Positions 57,108 through 64,000 of a DNA stretch of 64,000 bases are shown one piece after another; within the stretch, counting starts at the first letter, position 1; each line of letters begins with the position of its first letter. The notes below the pieces were generated by a model. That model made no database searches and was not told the origin of the DNA. It saw only the letters and a list, made by a program, of their open reading frames with translations. The stretch comes from Eledone cirrhosa (taxonomy: Eukaryota). The position numbers and the translations under genes were made by a program. The stretch covers positions 181,598,001 to 181,662,000 of the forward strand of contig OZ024742.1 of assembly GCA_964016885.1 (NCBI GenBank), written 5' to 3'.

Positions 57108-57578
57108 TATATATATATATATACATTAAAAAAGACATCAGATATTTAATATAGAAACCTCATTAGAATCTCACCACAATACATTACAGCCAACGGTCAA
57201 AGGAGTAGTTTACATTTTAAAAAAATACAAAGTTGCGCCATATTGCATAGACAATCTAAGTTGTTTCTACATTAAATATCTGGTTTTGAAATGTCCCAGG
57301 ACAGGATGAAACGTTCGTTAATCAACATTTAATGTATTAAATGTATTTGGTGTCTTTTTTAATGAATAATTTGCTTCTAGTGTTATTTTAACATTAATTG
57401 TTATTTAACGGGTGTTAGTATGCATACCTTCTTGGAAAATTCTTTAGAAGCGTTGATACATAGCCTTTTGTTTTGCTCATTATGATGAATTACTCTATTT
57501 TGAGTATTTAGCCTATGGTTATAACTTTTTATATTGCTTTTGTGAAAAACGATATATATTTCATATATATATATATAT

Positions 57579-59302
57579 CTAGGGCGGGTAAAACTCCCGA
57601 GATCCATGGACGAGTTCTCTCCAGCGGTCTCTGTCCCTCATTATCACTGCCATGTCCTGCGTCTCCAACAGACCAGTGTCTGTCCTTAGGGCATCAACAT
57701 ACGTTAACCTTGGTCTTCCACTTCCAGTGTGTCCATGTAGGGGCTCCCACAGGAGCACTGAGTGCAATGTCAACTCTGGATGTCGCTGAGCATGTCCAGC
57801 CAACCTCAGTCTCCTCTGTGTCACTTTTGAGCTGACTTTTGAGAGGCTCCCATACAGCTCTGCGTTTTTCATCCTCAGTGTATACTGGTTAATGTTCAGA
57901 GCCATCCTCAGCATTCTCGTGTAGCACCCATCCACCATCTGAGTGAGTTTCTTGGTCAGTGTCCATGTCTCAGACCCGTACAGCAGCACAGACTCCACTA
58001 CGGCAATGAAGAGGCGGATCTTCAGGTCTTTACGAAGGTCCGACTTCCACACCGATCTCAAGCTGTGGCACGCCGCTCAGGCTTTTCTCTTCCTCTCAAC
58101 CACATCATCTTCCGTATTCCCAATCTTTGCTCCCAAGGGAGGAAGAGATGTTCGAGTCAGACAGGGAGGAAGAGAGGTGTTCGAGTCAGATCCAGGGAAA
58201 GGGGTCCGAGGATAGGAAGAGGAAATGGCTAGACCATTTTAGGACCCTACTAGGAGAGCCACCCTCCACAGCCCAGAGCACTGGGGAGATCAGGCGGCTG
58301 TTTGAGGAACTGCATATTGAGACAGACGCCCTTCACCAGAGAGGAGCTTCAGAGAGCCAAGAAGAGGATCAAGGAGGGCAAGGCTCATGGAGAAGATGGA
58401 GTGGCATCAGAGGTGATGAAGAAGTGTGATTTTGATGATATCACCCTGGGGTTCTGTAACCGGGCACTGGAGAAAGTAGTTGCTCCGAATCAGTGGAGGA
58501 TCAGTAACATCGTCCCAGTGCCAAAGAAGGGAGGTCTCTCTAACACCAACAACTACAGTGGGATCTCACTGACGTCACTTGTGGAAAAGACCCTCAACAG
58601 GATGATTCTTAACAGGATCCAGCCTGAGATGGAGAAGAAGCTTAGGGACAACCAGAACGGCTTCAGAGATGGAAGATCAGCCACCAGTCACATGCTGATG
58701 CTGAGGAGGATATTAGAGGGAGCTAGAACAAAGTGCCTTCCAGCGGTCATGGTTTTCATTGACTTTAGGAAGGCCGTTGATTCTGTGGACCGTCACTGCC
58801 TGATGAAGATCTTACAGGCTTATGGAATCCCCAAGAAGATAGTGGACCTGATATCACTGCTCTACACCAACACCAAAGCCCAAGTCATTACACCTGATGG
58901 GATGACAGAGTTCTTTGAGATACTGGCTGGAGTGCTCCAGGGAGATACATTGGCTCCATACCTTTTTATCATCGTAGTGGACTATTGTATGCGCCTTGCA
59001 CTGGAGAAACACCAGGACTCTGGCTTTCCTGTAGCACCGGCTCAGAGCAGGAGAGTTAAGGCGAAAAAGGTACCAGATGCTGAAATTGCCGACGACATAG
59101 TTTTGGTGACAAATACAGTGAGGCAGAGGATTTGATGCGAGAGGTTGAGACTGTGTCGATGAGTGTGGGGCTGAGAATGAATGAGACTAAAACAAAATAT
59201 CTGGTAGCGAATGTTGAGAAGCTAGAGGGGATCACTAATGTAGGCGAGAAGTCGTTAGAATTGGTTGAGGGCTTCCTGTATTTGGGAGCAAAGATTGGGA
59301 AT
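57579..59302 (-). mobile_element. RTE-clade LINE family C with a 5' inversion
   Basis: The C-terminal half reads on the minus strand (58136->57579: VESVLLYGSETW, RRLRLAGH). The RT half reads on the plus strand (58137-59302: VPVPKKG, QNGFR, FIDFRKA, GVLQGDTLAPYLF, IADDI, YLG). Confidence 0.88.
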
Positions 59303-59322
59303 ATATATATATATATATATAT

Positions 59323-60011
59323 ATATAGTAGAATAATCGAGTATCGAAAAATCGGCGCACGAGTTCACGATAAACAAAATTCGATATGAGCGGCAGAGTG
59401 CTCACTAATTTAGATAAATCAGAGCTATAACTATCGTTAAAATACCGTCACACACAGAACAAGTCTATAATCAACCGCACGATCGAAAATTTGCGATCCG
59501 GAAGATTCGGGACACTCAGATAAAAAATCAATAAATCAATAAATTAAATGAATGTAAAAAGCATACCCGGACCCGCTAGGAAGATGTTAAATCTAGCTTC
59601 TTGGGTGTCTGTAAATCCTTAAACTGTTCTCTATCAGCTCACATAAAAATATATAAGACATCTAGAATTCAGCGGACAGGAAATTTACTTCTTCAACGAG
59701 CTTTGTCCAAACGGATGAAATGGCATAACCCAAGCTAAATACGCACATGGAATTCGGCAAGGGAGATAACCTCTACATCCGCGAAAACTATTCGGGAAAA
59801 TGTGGAAATACACATATCGAATAAAAGTGCTCAATAGACATGTTAAAATAAACAGGAGCTATTCATCACTCAATAGAAGCGACAAAAAATGAACAATAAA
59901 ATTAACTGGTCAATAGCTATGTCTAGAGCTAAATATAGTAGAATAATCGAGTATCGAAAAATCGGCGCACGAGTTCACGATAAACAAAATTCGATATGAG
60001 CGGCAGAGTGC

Positions 60012-60017
<6 letters not shown>
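59323..60017 (-). mobile_element. Non-coding hammerhead element with 85-bp direct terminal repeats (retrozyme-like)
   Basis: 59323-59407 is identical to 59933-60017; (TA)n on both sides; hammerhead motif at 59565-59701 (-). Confidence 0.7.
59565..59701 (-). ncRNA. Degenerate type-I hammerhead, GUC site
   Basis: gctcg-TTGAAGA-a gtaaattt...ggatttac a-GACA-ccc..gctag..ctagc ggg-T-C-cgggt. Confidence 0.62.
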
Positions 60018-60063
<46 letters not shown>

Positions 60064-60134
60064 TAAGTTATTCCGGGTTGAATCGGAGGTAACCACAGTA
60101 AGTAAGGTACTCAATACATAGCAGAATATAGATG

Positions 60135-60185
60135 AGATTCTACAGGACTAGAACTGTTTCATTCTTTAGAAATCATCAAGAATCT
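60135..60185 (-). ncRNA. Type-I hammerhead (C3>U)
   Basis: agattc-TTGATGA-tttctaaagaat-GAAA-cag ttctagtc ctg-T-A-gaatct; 60133-60285 matches 52765-52920. Confidence 0.72.
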
Positions 60186-60894
60186 GGCTTTCCAAAACAA
60201 ATGTTGTGGTATTTATATCTGTTTAGGTGGTAGGAGAGGGTGGGAAGTGGGATGGGTGGAGGTCGTTGGTTGAAAGAAAAGAGGATCCGCTAAGGTGAAA
60301 CAATTGTTCTCGGTATGGTGAACTAACTGTTGTGTAACCACTTCTACCTAACTCGTCCCATGGACTGAGTGCTCTACCACTACGGATATTACCTTCCAGT
60401 GTTCTACCCACCACATATATATAAATAGTTACCTCCCTAACACCCTACCTAATCCTTTTTCTTAAATAAATTAAATATCATCCAGCATGAATTACCTCTC
60501 CCTGCATATTAACGCTCTAAAAAGGGAATCATATCAAACCCCAGTCCACCGTTTGCCTCCATCATGGATCAACTAAGCACCCTTGCTATATTAACACATT
60601 TTGATCTGCTTAACTTCAAGAACTATGCCTGTAAATAACATTATTTTTTCTTTCACTTTGACTTTTTATTTTCCACATTACGCTCTTTTTTTCTTTTTTC
60701 TTTTTTCTTTTCACTTCATAAACCTTGTTTGTAAATAACATTATTCTTTCTGCACCATTTCTTTATCATGTCCAACACCACCATTCTACACCAATACATA
60801 TTACTATCATTTGATAATGCATAAAAATGCTGAAACCGGTAATAGACAATTATTAAATATATAAATAAATAAATGCCATTGTTAATTAATAAAT

Positions 60895-61987
60895 AGAAGA
60901 TGTAATGGGATCACAGGTAAGCTATCTAAGAACGTAGATTTTATATGTGGCCGGTGCTCAGGTGAAATAAGTAGCAAGCGCCCACAGAATACTAGCTCCT
61001 TCTATTACCCAGATGGTTCTATAGAAATAGTGGAGACCTTGAGTTACCTGGGTAACAAAATCAGCAGTGGGGGAGGGTGCTCAGAAAGTACAGTAGCCAG
61101 AGTGAGAACGGGATGGAAAAAGTTCAGAGATCTTATACCACTATTGGCTACTAAAGGTTTCTCTCTAAAAATGAAAGGCAGGTTGTATGATGCCTGCATA
61201 CGAACAGCAATGTTACATGGCAGTGAGACATGGGCATTGTGTGCAGAGGATATACGCAGACTGGAGATGAACGAAGCATGCATGCTCTGCTGAATGTGTA
61301 ATAGTAATATACGCGAACAGCAAAGCATAAATGAACTAAGTGAGAAATTAGGTATAAGAGGGATCAGATGCTGTTTACTCGAGAGAAGACTACGTTGGTA
61401 TGGTCACGTGATGCGCATGAAAGACGACAGCTGTATAAAAAAAGTGCAGGGGGATCAAATTTGATGGAAGTTACGGAGTAGGCAGACCCAGAAAAACCTG
61501 GGACGATTTGATAAATTCCGACCTAAGACAATGTCACTGGACCGAGATCTTTGGTGCTACGCAGTAATACAGAAAACCCGCCTTGCCTAAGTACAAAGCG
61601 AAACCTACAATCAGTAAACACCTCTTAATCAAATATACGCCCCCTCCCACTCCCTCAACTTCACCACCCCCATCAACGCCATCCCTTTCTCTGTAAAGTT
61701 ATGTTGGTACCACAACATCCTGTACTAAATAAATGAGGTCGTGTAGGTGTCACAACAAAAAAACACACAGTCCACGCTGTAATGTGGCCATGTAGGTAAC
61801 ATGGTAAAAACCTCCCAGTCCACATTGTAAACGTGGTTGGTGTTAGGAAAGGCATCCAGCCGTAGAAAACCTGCCAGACAATCCCATATGAGCGAGACGA
61901 CCAATCTTGCCTCAGTGGGACAAATTCCCGTCTAAACCCATGCTAGCGTGGAAGATAGACGTTAAACGATGATGATGATGATGAAGA

Positions 61988-61990
<3 letters not shown>
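60895..61990 (+). mobile_element. RTE family A 3' part, older copy
   Basis: Homologous to 23505-24625, with a stop and a frameshift. Confidence 0.9.
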
Positions 61991-62032
<42 letters not shown>

Positions 62033-62253
62033 TCGTTTCTGAATTTGTTTAGCAAGATTCTTTATCTGAAATCGTGTGTTGAAACCGATATTGTTATACT
62101 TTGGGAGGGTCATGTTGCCAATAAGAAACACACGCACTAGTTGCTTTCACTTCAATTTATTATATATTTATAAATTTATAAATTTACAAATCTACAAACT
62201 TATAAATTTCTGGTTGGTTGGTTGGTTCCACAACCAGATAGTTGTTTATATAT

Positions 62254-62298
62254 AGTCATAGTCCTTTCGTCACACACTCTGTGACCTCTTCAGTGACT
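62254..62298 (-). ncRNA. Minimal type-I hammerhead with an intact core, in element 62029-62408
   Basis: agtca-CTGAAGA-g gtcaca gagtg tgtgac-GAAA-ggac-T-A-tgact. Confidence 0.75.
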
Positions 62299-63517
62299 GG
62301 GGATTCCTTTCTTTGTTTCTGTGCCTTTCCTTTCTTCTGTCCTACGCCATTTTGTTTCTGTGTGTGTGTTGTGTGCTCAGTTTGCGCAAACTGAGCACAC
62401 AACACACATTTCATTGTTGATATGAAAGTGTTCAGGTTTTAACATCAACAGCTAGGATCTCATCTAGCATCCAGTCAAGTAGTCCAAATGTTAATGTCAG
62501 CACAGGCACAGCAAACACATTATGAGCCACTGATTTATTGTGCACAGAGTTCTAATAATCACATTATTTTTAGTTGGGTGCTGTATTCGCTGGTTACTCT
62601 TTCTTTGTTACAAATTCCATCATAAGATATGTTTTCATTTATTCGTAATTGTCTCTAGCAGTCTTCATTAGATACCAGTGAAACAGTCAGGCCATTGATA
62701 AAGATCCTACTAGACTGACATATAATCTTTTTTCACTTTACAATCTTATAGGAACATTTATAGTGGCCAAACTTCATCTCTACTCGTATATCTTTCAAGA
62801 ATATCAAAATCAGGTGAAGTTTTTCGTCAGGTTATTTATATACTTAGCATAGAGTTTCAGGTCATCCACAAAAAGGACATATATTAGGTTTGTGTTTCTG
62901 TCTTCCTGTGAACTAATTATTTATCCTTCATATTTCTGTTCAAACTGGCTGTAACTGATTGCTCATACCTAGATTAAGGTATTGTTCTCAAAACAAATAA
63001 CATCAAAATCTTGTAGATTCAATATTATGTGAGATAATTATGTAAGGTAAAGAAGCCTTTACTGTGAAAATACAAGAGTATATATAAAACAATATAAATG
63101 CAAACGAGTTAATTCCTTTTCTAAATATTTGCTTTTTTCATTCCTTCTTTCCTTCTTTCTTTTTTTGTCCAGCCCATACAAATCATAGAAAACTGGACTT
63201 AGAATAATAACTAACTTTAACAGTGACAAATGAAAACACTGTTGAATATAAAAACAATCAAGTTCTCAGCCTGTCTCCAAACATTTTCTATTTTATTTTT
63301 CACTCTTTAATGGTGTGGAGTGTAGATTTTTGTTTTTGTTTACACGTGATAAACATTGTCACGTGGTTCATAGCTTTCCTAGGTCTTCTTTTATATAATT
63401 GAAATATACAATAGTGTTTTATTTATTGTTTATTTTTTTCTATTAACATCTCTAGTGTCACCAAAATAATTGTTTCTATTTTTGGCACAAGGCCAGCAAT
63501 TACATATATATATACAT

Positions 63518-63550
<33 letters not shown>

Positions 63551-63575
63551 ATGTAATCTCAGTTTTTCGAACATT

Positions 63576-63767
63576 AATAATTGTTTCTACTTTTGGCACA
63601 AGGCCAGCAATTATCCCAGTGTATTACTGGTACTTTATTTTATCGACCCCGGAAGGATGAAAGGCAAAGTTAACTTCGGCGGGATTTGAACTCAGATCAT
63701 ACAGGGAGGTAACTCTATGCTTCAAAGCATGGCATCCGACCCTCTACCGATACTGCCAATCCACCGC
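63576..63767 (-). mobile_element. SINE family 2, full length
   Basis: Reverse complement of the 11151-type consensus. Confidence 0.88.
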
Positions 63768-63786
63768 CTTACTATCACAAAATTAG

Positions 63787-63975
63787 TATCACAAAATAAT
63801 TGTTTCTACTTTTGGCACAAGGCCAGCAATTACCCAATGCATTACTGGTACTTTATTCTATCGACCCCGGAAGGATGAAAGGCAAAGTTAACCTCGGCGG
63901 GATTTGAACTCAGATCCCTGTATGATCTGAGTTCAAATCCCGCCGAGGTTAACTTTGCCTTTATCACAAAATAAT
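63787..63975 (-). mobile_element. SINE family 2 with a 5' inversion and 14-bp TSD
   Basis: tatcacaaaataat at 63787-63800 and 63962-63975; inverted overlap at 63880-63961. Confidence 0.8.
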
Positions 63976-64000
63976 GCATGTATGTATGTGTCTGTGTATG

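Noticed and set aside
59700-59790. Words resembling a dicistrovirus IGR IRES, and nearby hairpin-ribozyme-like words
   Set aside because: The required pairings are absent; the adjacent conserved blocks are explained by a hammerhead fold.

Overview
AT-rich, repeat-saturated animal genomic DNA. The SINE/RTE/microsatellite landscape suggests an octopod cephalopod (inference), and no host gene can be called with confidence. Most ORF-track entries are translations of (TA)n/(CA)n microsatellites or antisense to retroelement ORFs. The real content is: (i) many RTE-clade LINE fragments from at least four families, two of which carry a PHD-like C4HC3 finger inside the RT region; (ii) two abundant tRNA-derived SINE families; (iii) several MITE-like elements; (iv) three Penelope-like (Naiad-type, RT + GIY-YIG) retroelement bodies; and (v) about 18 type-I hammerhead-ribozyme motifs, intact or degenerate, read by eye and belonging to about ten unrelated sequence families. 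Most hammerheads lie in short elements embedded in (TA)n tracts, often with the layout inverted pLTR + pLTR + tail. Best leads: a non-coding 610-nt hammerhead element with an exact 85-nt terminal redundancy (retrozyme/circular-RNA-like); a chimera joining two different Penelope-like families at homologous ORF positions; family-level variant hammerhead cores; and two twin-priming 5' inversions in an RTE and a SINE.
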